Source: the human T2T-CHM13v2.0 reference genome, Homo sapiens
DNA: 64,000 bases
Strand: one strand, 5' to 3'
Assembly: GCF_009914755.1 (NCBI RefSeq)
Contig: NC_060926.1
The notes under the pieces were generated by a model. That model ran no database searches. It saw nothing but the letters and a program-made list of their open reading frames with translations, and was not told where the DNA came from. Positions 26,060 through 39,707 of this stretch are shown here, piece after piece (the stretch's first letter is position 1; each line of letters begins with the position of its first letter). The position numbers were made by a program, and so were the translations under genes.

Positions 26060-27915
26060 ACAGCATATTTGAAAATAATCCAATATAAATTCTTAAAATG
26101 GAAATGTAATAAACAAATTCACTGAGTTTATAATTTTGCTTAAGAGTGTATTAAACATAAAGAGAAAATTAGTGGAATGTGATATAGACTGAATAAAATG
26201 TCTATAAAGAAGTACAAAGAGACAAAAAAATGGAAAATTCAGGAGAGTGGGTAAGAGAAAGATGATGCAGTAGGGTCTAATACATGTTTGAGACAAATGG
26301 AAGAGAGGATAGTACAACCACATATATTTAAAGTGCTAATGTCTAAAAATTCTCCAAAACTGATGAAAGACCTCAATCCATAGATTGAAAAAAATTCAAC
26401 AAAACTATAGCAAAATAAATTTTAAAAATACCTAGACAAATCACAGTGAAATTACAGAAATCCATAGAAGACATCATCTTAAAAATATCCAGAAGGGGGG
26501 CAAAAGATTTCCTTCAAAAGAGCAGTATTTTGACTGAAAGCTGATCTCTCAAAAGCATTGCAGCTTTTGAAAATTAGAACAAGGCAATGAAGTAATATCT
26601 TTAAAATGGTGGAAGAAAATAACTGGAAACTTAAATTTTAGCCCTGTGACATATCTTTCAACAATAAAGGTGAATATGACAACTAAATGTACCGTTTGAA
26701 CTGGGACTAATTCTGGATCAGAAAAAAATGCTATAAGGGATACTATTAATACCATTGCAAATATTTGAGTATGTACATGAGATACTTGCTACTCATAGTA
26801 CCATCTGGGGATATGCCTCACCTGTGAGCTTCTTAAATTATGAGCATAATCACAGGCACCATTCCAGATCCAGTGGATCATTTTCATATTTTTACAAGAT
26901 CCCCAAATGGTTTGTATGTACATTAAAGTTTGGGCAGCACTGTATTAGTTAATTATATTTTATTTATGTTAAATGTCCTGATTTTGATAAGTAAGAGAAC
27001 GTGACATGTTGGAAAATGTCTTTGCTCTCTTGATATGTATGCTCATATATTTACAGTTGAAGGATTATGATGTCTGCAACTGAATCTAAAATGGTTCATC
27101 AAAATGATGACAGGACAATAAGTAAAAATATATAGTAATAATTATAAGAAAATGCATTGTTACCGTGAGAGACACTGCAAATATGGCAAAATGTTTTTAA
27201 TTGGTGAGTCTAGGTGAAGAGACAGGTGTTCATTGTGCTATGTTTGCAATGTGGAAAAATAGCTTTGGAAAGAAGTTTGGAAAACATATTCATTAAGGTT
27301 GAAGATACACATAATGTATATCCCAACATTCCACTGCTAAATGTGTATCCAAGAAAAATATTTGTGTAAGTCTACTGAAAGACACATGCAGGAATATTCA
27401 AAACAGTTATTATTTGCAATGATCCCAATCTGAAAACACTCAAAGTTCCATCAACAATGCAATGGATAAATTGTGACATATACAATGGAATATAATAGAA
27501 TATTACAAAGCAATGGAAATAAATTATCTATAATTACAGATAATATTCATGATTGTTATAAATGTAATATTGAATGAAAGAAGCAAGATCTAAAAGAATG
27601 TATGCTGTATTTTATTTCACTGTATAATTTTATTTCAGTTGACAGAGGCATAATTAAGTGCTAAAAATATAAATAAAAGCTAGCAATTTATTACTGCCCA
27701 TATCAAGATAGTGGTTACCTGTAGGAGAGAGGGAGATGGTTGGGATTGAGGAGGAGCATGTTCAAATTTTATATGTTGGGAAGAGTCTAACTTTTGAAAT
27801 GGGGGGTGGTTCTATAGATGTTTGCTTTATATTAATTTATTAAGCTAAACATTTATGTTTTATGTACTTTCTGTATATGTGTTTTATTTCCGGACAAAAG
27901 AAAGGTTTAAAAAAC
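26060..27915 (+). mobile_element. Composite of ancient L1M pieces (ORF1-like 26060-26680; L1MC/L1ME 3' ends) with a MER5-type insertion at ~26790-26942
   Basis: AATTCTCCAAAACTGATGAAAGACCTCAATCC (ORF1-like). ATGATGTCTGCAACT and AATATGGCAAAATG (L1MC 3' UTR). TAAAGTTTGGGCAGCACTG (MER5 end). Confidence 0.65.
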
Positions 27916-27924
27916 AAGAAAAAT

Positions 27925-29030
27925 ATGATTACTCTGGTTGGTATGTGGAAAATGCACTTGAAGAGATAAGAACAAAAATGGAGAGATAGGAGGAACTCAC
28001 CATATTCTGAGATAGATGGTGACAGTATGTACCAGAGAGGTAGCAGGAACAATAGAGAGAAGTGGATAGATTCCAGAAAGTTTGGAGATAGAGTCAGTGA
28101 GACTTGTCAGTGGAATGTATGTGCAGACTGAAACTTTCACCTCCAAAAAACTGTATAAAGAACAGTATCTTGGTTTTTGGATGGAGTAACTATGCAGATG
28201 ATGAGGCCATTGACTGAGATGGAGAACAAGGAAGGGACAATTTTGAAGGGAGAAATCAATAATGTATTCTGGGGTGTAGAGAGAGAAGACAATGGGATCA
28301 AGACCAAACCTTAGGGCATTTGGGTGAATATGGTATCATAAAAGCAAAGATAAAAGAGTGTTTCAAGAAGGAGGGATTAGATGAGCAAGATGAAGATAGA
28401 TAAGTGGCTTTTGATTCTGGCAAGATGAAGATTGTTAGTAATTGTATTACAATAAGAGCAGTTTCTGTGGAGAGGTAGGTAGGAATAGTAGCCTCCTCGA
28501 ACTGGGTCAAAAAGACAATGGAAATGAGGAAGTCAAGAAATCAAGGATTGAAAACCTTTTAAAGACATATTGCTGTGAAACTGAAAAGATAAATAGCGTT
28601 GTATGATAGCTAGAGTGGGACATAGGGTCAATTTTTGAAACAAGGACACATTTCCAGTTGATGAGAATAATCCAATGAAAGGAAAATTATGATGCAGAAG
28701 AAGGATGGAATACTTCTAAGGATGAAGGATGAAATCCTTGAGTAGTAGAGAGAATAGAATATAGGTGATAGCATTTATTATGTGGTAGTCATGGGTCAAA
28801 GAACTAGAGGTATACAGCATAAAAATTCATTTTCTGCCTTTAAGGACAGCACAGAGCAGTAGTAAGACAGGTTAGTAAACTAACAATTGTAACATAGTAT
28901 GCTGTTAAAATACAGGAATGCTCAGAATTACTCTAGGATTACAGAACTCAGCCTTGGAAACGGGATGGGGGAGGCTTTCTCAAAGAACTCAAAGGATGCA
29001 TCTAATCTAACCAGACATAAGAGGGATAAG
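27925..29030 (-). mobile_element. L2 LINE fragments
   Basis: Purine-rich reverse-L2 signature (GAGAGAAGTGGATAGATTCCAG; GCCATTGACTGAGATGGAGAACA). Confidence 0.65.
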
Positions 29031-29361
29031 TAAACGTTCTTTCACAAATTTACCACTGCTAAACTTATCAGAGCATCGCTTCCTCCAAACACGCACATCT
29101 GAACCTTCACTCACATCAAAGCATCTGTCATTTGTTTAACATGTCACGCTACGTTATTATGCATGTGCTGTTGGTTTTCTGTAAAATGCTTTTTCCTGCC
29201 TTGTGCATATCTCTTTGTCTACATATCTCAAAACTCAGCTTAAAGGCCAATTATTCTCCAGTTTGGTTTCTAACTCTACAGGCAGAAAAAAATCACTTTT
29301 GTCCCTGGGCTCCTATGGCACTTTCAGAGCACCTTTATAGCATGGGGATTTGTGACTTTTG

Positions 29362-30020
29362 AGGGAGTACCATACCATGGTTAAGCATGTGGATGCTGGT
29401 GCCAGGCTGCCTAGGTTCAAACTGTAGCTGTGCCATTTACTAGCTGTGTCATATTAGGAAAGTTCCTCAATCTCTCTGTGTCCCAGTTTTTTCCTTTCTA
29501 AAATGTGGATAATCAAACCAACCCACCGCAGTGGAAGTGAGAGAGATATGAAAAGAGAAAGAAGGCACAGATGATATAGAAACAAGGGACACCCAAGAGG
29601 AAAATTCCAGACCCTGAGGGTTTGCTTGGAGGTCTGTCCTGCTTCCTTGACCAGCCTTGCTCAGCTTTCCTAGAGAAGAGATGAATATATGTGCTGGAGG
29701 GAAAATTGGTCCTTGTTCCTATCTTTGAAAACATAACCGCGTTGCCTATGAATTATGTGTGATTCTAGAAATGAAACCAATTTTATTTTTGACAAGGTCT
29801 TTTTTGTCTTCTGCATTCTCTCCCTTTAGTTCTTTTAAGTGCACTGTCCATTTTGCCAATTTGTTCCCATGGAAACCATTGAAAATTTATAGCTTGTTTA
29901 AGTGGATCTGAGAAGAGGCACAGGTTGTTGTGGGTATTAAATTAGTTTACAATTCAAAGCACTTAGAGTGGTGTCCGGCAACTGAAAATATGCTCGCTAA
30001 ATCTTAGCTATTATTATGAT
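29362..30020 (+). mobile_element. MIR split into two halves (29362-29531 and 29919-30020) by an insert
   Basis: Left half ends CAGTTTTTTCCTTTCTAAAATGTGGATAAT...; right half resumes GGTTGTTGTGGGTATTAAATTAG...TAGCTATTATTA. Confidence 0.8.
29532..29918 (+). repeat. Local direct duplication, copy A (paralogue of 30546-30929)
   Basis: Shared blocks CTGGAGGGAAAATTGGTCCT, AAGTGCACTGTCCATTTTGCCAATTTGTT and GGATCTGAGAAGAGG. Confidence 0.9.
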
Positions 30021-30545
30021 AATTATATGTTTTTCCACTATGATAATAAAAATATCTCTTATTTATTTTTATTTATTCTTTGCATCCTGCCACTCTTCTA
30101 CCACCTACCAACTTGCTCTTAAATGACGTAAAGGAGCTCAATAGAGACATACAGAAGAAACAAATGAGTAGGTTTCCCTCCCCCACTACCCAACAGGTTT
30201 TTATAGCAAGGCTGTCTTCTTGATGTCTCCTTTGGGCTTAGCTAGGTTTGGACATAAAGCACGCAGGACATAGTGTTATTTTAATAATTTTTATACGTGC
30301 TTGCCCCTAAAGATTTTTTAAATAGCAGAAATATCAGGGGCAGTGCATTAAATCCTTAACACTTTAGTGCAACTGCTAACAAATCAAAGATTGTCAGAAT
30401 AAAACTTGAAGCTAAAAAAGTTGAATTCCCTTTTTGTTACGGAATCTTTTCTCAGCATCCATGACCAATCTTCTGTCATTTAGTCTCTGCCTAACCCCCA
30501 AAACTGGTTATCAAGAAACCTCTCTTGGGAAAATTTGAACATTGG

Positions 30546-30929
30546 GTGCCAGAGAGGGAGTAAGAGACAAAGAGGAGACAGGGACAGAAAAGACGGAAAT
30601 AAGAGACACCCAGGACAAAAATTCCGGATTCCTGTGGGTTTGCCTGCCAGTCCTGCCCTGCTTGGCCAGCCATAGCCAGCTTCCCCAGAGGAGTGATGTA
30701 CGCACTGGAGGGAAAATTGGTCCTGATTTCTATCTTTTGAAATCATAAGTGTAATGACAGTGACATCTCTGTGATTTTAGAAGGGAACCTGGTTTTATTT
30801 TTTCACAAGTTCCTTTTGGTCCTTTGCATTCTCTCTCTCTTGTTTTGAAGTGCACTGTCCATTTTGCCAATTTGTTTCCATGGACACCACTGACAATTTA
30901 CAGGTTGTTTAAACGGATCTGAGAAGAGG
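30546..30929 (+). repeat. Local direct duplication, copy B
   Basis: Collinear with 29532-29918; a 29-nt identical core lies at 30848-30876. Confidence 0.9.
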
Positions 30930-33735
30930 GAATAGTAATAAATAAAGCCGTGACATGGCTATAAATACCAAGAGTGCTCTGGACTTTCATCCTCCACCTC
31001 TCTACTTACCATTTAGCAAATCAACTCTTACAATAATAATATAAAAGAACACCGGACTTTTTTTTTCTCTGTGAGTGGCAGGAGGGAAGTAAATACATAT
31101 CAGTCCTTATCTCTTTGGATTGAAAGTGGTGGCCAATCTAAGGAGAAGAGGGCATTCTCGAAGGAATCTACGGATTATTAGTTGGTGTCTGGCCCACACA
31201 CAGCTGTTAGCACTTACTCTTTCTCAGAGTAACTAGGGAAACTGTGGCTCCTAATTTGATTGCCAACAGCAGGGAAGAAAGACCTGGGGATTTTGTCATT
31301 CTCACTGATAGTGAAAAGGGGTGGATGTAGCAGAGAAGAGATGGTTGCTGAGAGCGACAACAGAGAGATGCCAAGATTAGGAGGCTGAAACCCACAAGGG
31401 CAATCTCTGGTACTGCAGGGAGACCATCTCCATAGCATCCACAACGGAAGGGGCAAAGTAGAGGGTAGACGCCTGGGCCACCAGGGACTAAGGCCGACTC
31501 AAAGGAAGAGGGTTGCCTTTATTCAGAGAAGTGCTGCTCAGATTTAAATTAAGAGGGAGAAAGTAAAGGAGGGTTGTGACTCATAAGAAATTTTAAAAGG
31601 AAAGGGAAGCAGGGTGAGAAAACAAAAAGAAATGAATACAGTAGACATAGACATAGAGAGATAGAAATTCAAAACTATGTTCAAGGAAAACAAAATCAGC
31701 ATTTTCCAAAGGTACATCTTATAAGATTGACTCTCACAAAATTAGTGACTGTCTGCCATTTTTCCAGCATCCTGCTAGGCACACTGGGGAAAAAAAAAAT
31801 AAAGGTCAAAATTTCTACCCTGAAAAATTTGCAATCGATGAAAGAAAGCTTGAAAAAACATTTCTCCATCAAATACCATAGGTCTTTTCTGTTAGATAAG
31901 AAAGTGACAGCTCAAACGGAAGTTGATAGTTGTAATTTGGGTGAAGCTGGAAAGCCCTTGAGAATATAGCCACTCTTGTTGCTGTTCATCAGTGCTGAAT
32001 CAGTATCAGCCTAGAAAGTCAAAATGGCCCCTGGACAAATACCTTGGAAAATAAGGAAGTTGAAGAAAATGTTTTACATTTATGACATGGTAATGACTTA
32101 AGCAGGTTACCTTTACAATCACATCTGTTCCCAGTCTTGAGCAACATACTTGCTCTAAGGCTTAATTTGGATTTTACGTACTAATACCCAGGAGGTGGTA
32201 GAATTGGGGAACCAAGAAGAGGCTACCATGCTGAACAGCTTAGAACTCTACTCACAAGTTGGATATTCCAATTGGCTCATTGTAGAAAAGGGATGGAATC
32301 TAGAAAAATCTTGTCTGGCTCCCCTCTTGCACCCTCATACACACAGAGATTAGAAGTTTTAAGCAGGATGGAGATGGCACTTTTACAATTTAGAGTGCTG
32401 ACATACATGGAGTTTGATGGAGTATTTTAAAGAATAGCAAAATACTCATTCTATATATCAATTCAAGTAGCCTGGAATTGCCCTGTGATTATATGATGTA
32501 AGGTGCTCTGAATAAGTTAGGTAACAGAATAATTGATTGACATAATTAGATAGAACTAAAGGTCCAATATGGGGTCTAAATAGGAAGCACGAGGAACTTT
32601 TCAAAAAAGGCTGGTAAATATGGGCCACTCCTTTAAGAAACTCAAGGAATGAGCCAAGTAGACCAAGTAGATAAAATATCCAGTGAATGATATATTCCTA
32701 TACAAGATGCTGAGAAACTTGCCCATTGACATCCTTACCAGTTAGACAGAAGACATGAAAACAGATGAACAGCCAGATAAATATTGCATATAGTAATTAT
32801 GCACCAGCTATAAATATGGTGACTTGATGTTTTCTGCCTCCAGGGAAGTGCAGTTAAAATTGGGATCGTGATTTTCATGAGAAGGGAATCAGAATTCAGG
32901 GAACCTGAGTTCAGAATTTTAAGTAGCCCTAGAGATTGAGTCATCATAATAAAGCATTATAGACTAGACCACCAAGGAGAACTTTATTTTCTCATGTCAC
33001 TCCCATGATGTTTGCACGTGAAGAGGTTAAGATTCTTTCCTGCCTTTTTGTTTCTAGCAGGATTCCTTGGGCTATGATATCCATTTGTGTTAAAGCATTT
33101 AGCCACAGGCAATCTGGTCTGGTTGCCTTTTCTTTGTTTAGATGCTCCACTGAAGTAATAGTAAGATTAGCTCCCGAAAAACCAAAAATTTTGACCCCTG
33201 TCTTTGCTGAAAGTTGTTCTCTAATGTTAGGGAAGTGTAAATTCCAAAGCTAAATCCTGTGTTATAGGAGGAAAAAAGAAGCCTAAGCATACCTCAGAAA
33301 GATATCTCTGCTAGTGATTTATGTTTTCTGCTTTGTAAGCTGTGATAGAAATATGGTTTTAGATATGAGGATCAAGTGTAATATCCTAGTGTTCAAAATA
33401 TATATCCCCAGTGCAAGCTTTCCCCACTCTGAGTTGCTGTAATTTTGGTTAACTGCTTTCTTTCTTTTATTCTTGAAAAATCTGTTTCCTGGTATGTGAC
33501 ACAAATAGGCCAATGATAATTCTAGGAAGTGGCTGCTCTCCATCCATCTTGATAAGGCAAACAAGTAAAGGAAGCAGTTGCCATTTGTATGCTTTTATTT
33601 GTTGAAAATTAGTCCAGAGCCTATGGGGGAGGGGACCTCATGCTTGCATTGTGCGTTCTTGTGCATTCCTCTGTTGGAATTCTTCCTTAACATGAAAGTG
33701 CTCAGGACACATTTCTACTTTAAAATATTACCTGG

Positions 33736-34041
33736 GGCTGGGCACAGTGGCTCACGCCTGTAATCCCAGCAATTTAGGAGGTTGAGGCTGGCGGATCACC
33801 TGAGATCAGGAGTTTAGGACTGGCCTGGCTAACATGGTGAAAACCAGTCTCTACTAAAAATATAAAAATTTGCTGGGTGTGGTAGCGCATGCCTGTAATC
33901 CCAGCTACTCCGGAGGCTGAGGCAGGAGAATGGCTTGAACCCGGGAGGTGCAGGTTTCAGTGAGCCGAGATCGCACCACTGCACTCCAGGCTAGGCGACA
34001 GAAGGAGACTCTGTCTTGAAAAATAAACAATAAAAAATAAA
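33736..34041 (+). mobile_element. AluS SINE
   Basis: Full dimer. TSD TAAAATATTACCT at 33721-33733 and 34042-34054. Confidence 0.95.
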
Positions 34042-34859
34042 TAAAATATTACCTTGTTTCTTGTCACTTGCCGGTTTGAGTCTGGATTTCCTAGCATGGC
34101 ATCCAAAGCCTTTTATAATGTGACCCCAAGCATGCAAAGCTTCTCTATTGCTGTATGATCACTGATCATACATCCCTAGGACTACAACCAGCCCACCACA
34201 CCTTCATTTCTTTTTGCCTTTGACTAGTCTACCTTCTCTGTTTGGAATTCTATTATTTTGTTTTCCGTATCATGTTTCCTCTCCAACTCTTCTTCCTGAC
34301 CTACTCATTCTCCAAACTCCAGCTTAAAAGTCATCTCTGTGAAGTCTTCTTGAGTAACTCTCTTGATCCTAATGTAACAAAATGGTCTCTGCTTGTCCCT
34401 TTTGTTATAAATTGGTTCAATCAAGGTCAAGGATGGTGTCTCATTAACTTCTGTATTTCCCAGTGCCCAGAAGAGTGCTTAACACATACTAAGTACCAGT
34501 AGGAAAAAAAAAAAATCAGAGAGAAAATAATGAATAGGTACTAGTGAAATACAAATATTGGTGAAAAGAGAACTATGTTAAAAATTACATAACTGTCTTT
34601 TGAATACACAATTCATATTTTAACTTAGATAATTACATTACCCAGATTCATTTTGTTACTGAGAAATCAAACTATTGAAACTCAAAAGTAAATCACAAAA
34701 TTCAAGCTTTTTTGTTAGTCCATAGAACTTCAGATTTATATGATATGGACAATTGTTCTGATAATCTATTTTTTCTTAACAAGCCATCCTAGAGCCTAGA
34801 TGCTTAAAATAAAAATTCATTATTTTATTTATTAATTTTTTATTTATTGTTTTATTTAA

Positions 34860-35286
34860 AATGTTGTAGGTCAAGAATTCAGGGAGAATTTTACTGGATG
34901 GTTGGTCTCTATAGTTGGAGCGTAGGATCTCCTTACACATGGGCATTTTGGTGCTGCTTGGCTTCTTTCTATCTCTCCACGTGACATCTCATCCTCCAGG
35001 CCTCTTAACAGAGCCTGGAGTTCTCACATGATGATTTCTGAGTAGTTATACTTCTTACCTGGTGGCTGGTCTCCCACAGGCAGGAAGTGGGCACTGCCAG
35101 GCCACTTAAGGGCTAGCCCTAGAACTGGCACTGATTGCTTCCTCCACATATTATTGGTCAAAACAGTAACTGAGTCTATCAAGTTCAATCTCTCTTAATG
35201 GGATGTGATGAGATCACATAGAAGAAAAGCATGTAAGATGGAGCATGATGTTGTGGCTATATATGAGAAATGCAACCAATGACACA
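34860..35286 (-). mobile_element. MLT1 (J/K-like) LTR
   Basis: GGTCAAGAATTCAGG...CTAGAACTGGCAC...ATATTATTGGTCAAAACAG. Confidence 0.65.
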
Positions 35287-35645
35287 ATATATATTTGATA
35301 AATCAGCACCTAAAGGCCCTTGTCATAAACATCAATCAACCCTCTAGAAATGTTCAATGTCTCTCACTCTAACAAAGTATAATCCAGTATAAGCTTCTTT
35401 CTGTAGCCTCTCTGCCACAGAGATGGAATCTCTGAGGAAGAGAAAGAAATCCAAGTCTACTTTTCTTCACCTCAATGTTTTGATTCCATGTATATTATGA
35501 AATATACTACAGAATACAAGTAAGAGTCAGTTTTGCTTCATATTGTGAGTATTCACCCTGGCATAACTAATTTTCCCACAAGGTGGCTTTAGGTAAATTC
35601 ATGAGTATTAGAGCCTCACTGGGTTAAATAGAAATAGGAGTGTTA

Positions 35646-35896
35646 CCCCATGTTCTCACTCATTAGTGGGAGTTTAACAATGAGAACACATGGACACAGG
35701 GAGGGGAACATCACACACTGGGGCCCTCGGGGGCTTGGGGGGCTAGGGGAGGGAGAGCATTAGGAGAAATGCCTAATATAGATGACAGGTTGTTTGGTGC
35801 AGCAAACCAGCATGGCATGTGTATACCTATGTAACAAACCTGCACGTTCTGCACATGTATCCCAGAACTTAAAGTATAATTCAAAAGTATTAAAAA
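35646..35896 (+). mobile_element. Short L1PA7-like 3' end insertion
   Basis: L1 3' UTR only. Perfect 16-bp TSD AGAAATAGGAGTGTTA at 35630-35645 and 35897-35912. Confidence 0.95.
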
Positions 35897-35952
35897 AGAA
35901 ATAGGAGTGTTAGAAACCTATTCCTAGCCTTTGAGGCTGACAGCAAATAGAG

Positions 35953-36189
35953 CAAGGTTTCTTAAGCTTTGAGTTGTGATTCTATTAATGGGTCAGGAAA
36001 TCAGTTTAGTGGGTTGGGGCCAGTAGTTTAAAAAAAAAAAAGAGAGAGAATAGAATACAAAGTGTTAGTTTTATATACATAAGTATGTATAGGTGTGTTT
36101 TGTGCATGTGTGTGAATGTGAGAGCTGGATTACAATGTGATCTCTATTTCTAACTATGAGCCACAGTCAAAAATGTTTTAAAGCCACTA
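35953..36189. mobile_element. hAT-Charlie-type MER element
   Basis: GGGTCAGGAAATCAGTTTAGTGGGT...AAAAATGTTTTAAAGCCACTA; family name uncertain. Confidence 0.6.
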
Positions 36190-36214
36190 AAATAGAGCAT
36201 CTGTGTCCTCTCAT

Positions 36215-36302
36215 GAACCCTCTCTTGGTACCACTTTCAAAGGCAAACATGGGACTAAAGGGACCATTGGTTTGATCCAGCATGGCATTTCTGATGTTCT
36301 TA
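36215..36302 (+). mobile_element. Ancient CR1-type LINE 3' tail (Plat_L3/L3b-like)
   Basis: GGACCATTGGTTTGATCCAGCATGGCATTTCTGATGTTCTTA resembles the amniote CR1 terminus. Confidence 0.5.
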
Positions 36303-36864
36303 TAAAAAATATTCTGTTTGGGGCCCAGAATGACAAATAGCTCAGAGTCTAATAGAAACATTGTTTTCTAAGAGAAGAGATTGCTTTACAGACAGTGTAC
36401 AGCAAAATAAAATATCTCACCTCTACAGCTTGTGCCCTCTATCACCAATAAAGAGTTTTTATATAAGATTTTTTCTCTCTCTTTTCAAACTTACATTTGA
36501 TTGAATAGATTTCCCAAGAGCTTAATTCTTCACCTATCCAATGTTTCTGACCCTTGACAGGCTACAAGAGATGGTTCTGGCTAGACCCTGAAGTACTGAG
36601 AAATGCCTAGTTGTGCAGCAACAGCCATGTCTGATTGGATTGGAGGATTCCTTCTGCACTATTCTCAGCTCAAGTATGGGGGTCTTGACATAGAGGTATT
36701 TCTTTAATCTCTGTTCTGCCACATGCTACTCAGTCTTCTTCCTTCCTACTAAATGTTTTACCACTCCTATCTTATCTACACCTATAAAGGAAGAATGATT
36801 TATTTTAGTGTCTGTTTTTGACTCTCCAAATTAGGCCCCTTTAAGATTATAATTTGTTATGAAT

Positions 36865-37075
36865 AGTAAATAGAGCTTATACGTTGCTTTTCAAATATGT
36901 GGTTTCACTTAATATTCAGAAGAATCTTGTGTGATGGTTATTATAAATATGTTCATTTTAAAGTTGGAGAAGTTGAGGCTCAAAGAGGTAACGTTGCTTG
37001 TCCAAGGTCATAGAAATATATTAAGCAGCAGACATAAGATGACTTTTGGCCCCAAATCCTATACCATGCTGCCTT
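36865..37075 (-). mobile_element. MIR SINE
   Basis: TGAGGCTCAAAGAGGTAACGTTGCTTGTCCAAGGTCA. Confidence 0.7.
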
Positions 37076-37313
37076 CGGCCAGAGAGGAATAGGTCTGAGC
37101 TAACTTTCTGGACTTGTGAATTTTCTTGACTTTATTTTAGGTTTCTTTCCTAAGGATGCCTTTAGGGCATTCATCCCTTTATTAATCCAGCTCTCAAAAT
37201 CAGAGTTAGTTCAAATCTTGCCCTACTTCTAGAAGTCGATGTCATTGCAAAAAAAATAAAAGTGATATTAAGGCATATATCTAATGATAGCTAAGCAGAG
37301 ATATTTCACATAG

Positions 37314-37677
<364 letters not shown>

Positions 37678-37721
37678 TTAATTTGAGAATGTGGTGAATG
37701 AGCCCCCAAAACATTGGTATG

Positions 37722-38123
37722 TGTCTTAGTCAATTTGTGCTACCATTACAAAATACCCAAGACTGTATAATTTATAAAGAACAAAAATTTAGCTCCTTAC
37801 AGTTCTGGATACTGGAAGTCCAAGTCACCAGCAGCCATGGTGTCTGGTGAGGGCCCATTCCTTACATGGCACCATTTAGCAGTTTGCATATGGCAGGAGG
37901 AATGGAAGGGCGAAAGGGGATGAACACTGTGTCCTTACATGGTGGAAGAGCAGAAGAGAATGAACCCACTCTTCCTCAAGCTTTGTAACATGAGCCCTAA
38001 TTTCATTTATGAGGTGCCACCCTCCTAACTTAATCACCCCTAGAGCCCCCACATATTTATACTATTACATTGGTGATTAAGTTTTAACGTATACATTTTT
38101 GGGGACACAGTCAGACCATAGCA
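37722..38123 (-). mobile_element. MST-family MaLR LTR
   Basis: TGTCTTAGTC...CAGACCATAGCA termini; internal ACAGTTCTGGATACTGGAAGTCCAAG. Confidence 0.85.
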
Positions 38124-39609
38124 TTTCACCACCATCCCCCGATACCCCGCACCCAACAAACTTTGCAGATAGATCACTGCTCTACTGATGGATGTTGCGA
38201 ATATCTCTGCTTTGGCCTCTAGAGGGGACACTGCTTTTATTGGAGTTACTTTAAAATATAGACCAGGTCTTCCAACTGTCGCTGCTGCAAAAAAAGACAA
38301 TTCCTAAAGACCATACACCTAAATCAGACTTCAGAATCCCTTGGCGTATGAATTCCTTACCTCGCTCCCCTGCTGTTCATCACATGACAGTAACTAGTCT
38401 ACCTTATCCCCATTTTCCACCAATTACTAAAAATCTCCAGAACTTTCTACACTTTAGAATTCAGACCCAGCAAAATTCCCCTGATCCAGAAAGAGCTGTT
38501 GCTACCTCTAAGAAAAATGGTTAATGCCTGCCTTACATCTGTGTAATCAAATGGGCTTTGCAAATCATTCTCTCCTAGAACAAAGAGATTCTCTGCCCTA
38601 AAGGCAAACCTCAGAAGCAGAAATGACTTATATCTTTTAAAATGGCATTTTTTTCTCTCAGAAATTGGTTGGCTCAGTCTTTGTTGGACACTCCATTATG
38701 CAGAGAATTTTACATATTGCCATTGCAATTGCCCAGAAATTCAAAATCTTCACAACTGTTAGCCAGTTGTTTTTATATTTGTAAGTGGAGTGAAGTTGGG
38801 AACACCAATTTCCCTAAAATTTGGGTAATGAAGAAAGCACATGTGTTCCTGTAAGCCAGTAAGCACTAATCTTCAAACCCTTACATTCCTGAAACTTTCT
38901 GATAAGTTTTCATTTGATTTTAGTTTTTACTCATCTCCTATTTCATATACATAGCCTCTCCATCGTGTACCCTCAGTAAGGTGTACAGCATGTTGGCCAA
39001 AGGCCAGAGGCACATTGTTCCTATTCTATTGTCTCTTCCTCCAAAATTCTGGAGCCTAAAGATAAGTCGGGAAAGTGGCTTTTTAGTGCTGCTGCCTAGT
39101 CTAAGTTCTGTCTGCCTTAGGCCTGGAAGTCCATCAGCAGGCCAGTAATCTTGCTCAGCTGTGTATATTGATCAGATTACCAAAATGACAGCTGAATTGC
39201 CAAGTCATTTCTGTCAACTTTGTTCCTTACTCAGGGCATACCACCTGGAAGGGGTCCAAATTGTCTTTCGTAACATTTATTGTGAAGGACAGCTGTCTCT
39301 GTAACTTCCAAGATCCCCTCTCACCAGCTGAGCTGGGATCCTGGGCCAAACTCCCACATGCACTTATACCAGCTAGTGTCAATTTGCTGACAGCTGACAT
39401 TTCTTATTGCCAATCATTTATGATAGCATGGCCTATTTGGTTAAGAAATAATAGGACTTAGGAAAGGAGGAGAAATAAGACAGAGTGAGAGAGGAAAAAA
39501 TTGTGATTCTAAAATTACAAAAAAAAAAGCAGTAATTAAAATGACTGAACACATAAGGGCCAGGCTTTTGGATTATATTTGCAGTATGTCTGTTTTGTTC
39601 ATGTATTTA

Positions 39610-39657
39610 TCTCTCTCCCACTCTGTCTCTCTCCGTCTCTGTCTCTTTCTGTCTCTG

Positions 39658-39706
<49 letters not shown>
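39610..39706. repeat. Compound (CT/CTGT)n-(CA)n microsatellite
   Basis: Visible directly. Confidence 0.9.
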
Positions 39707-39707
<1 letters not shown>

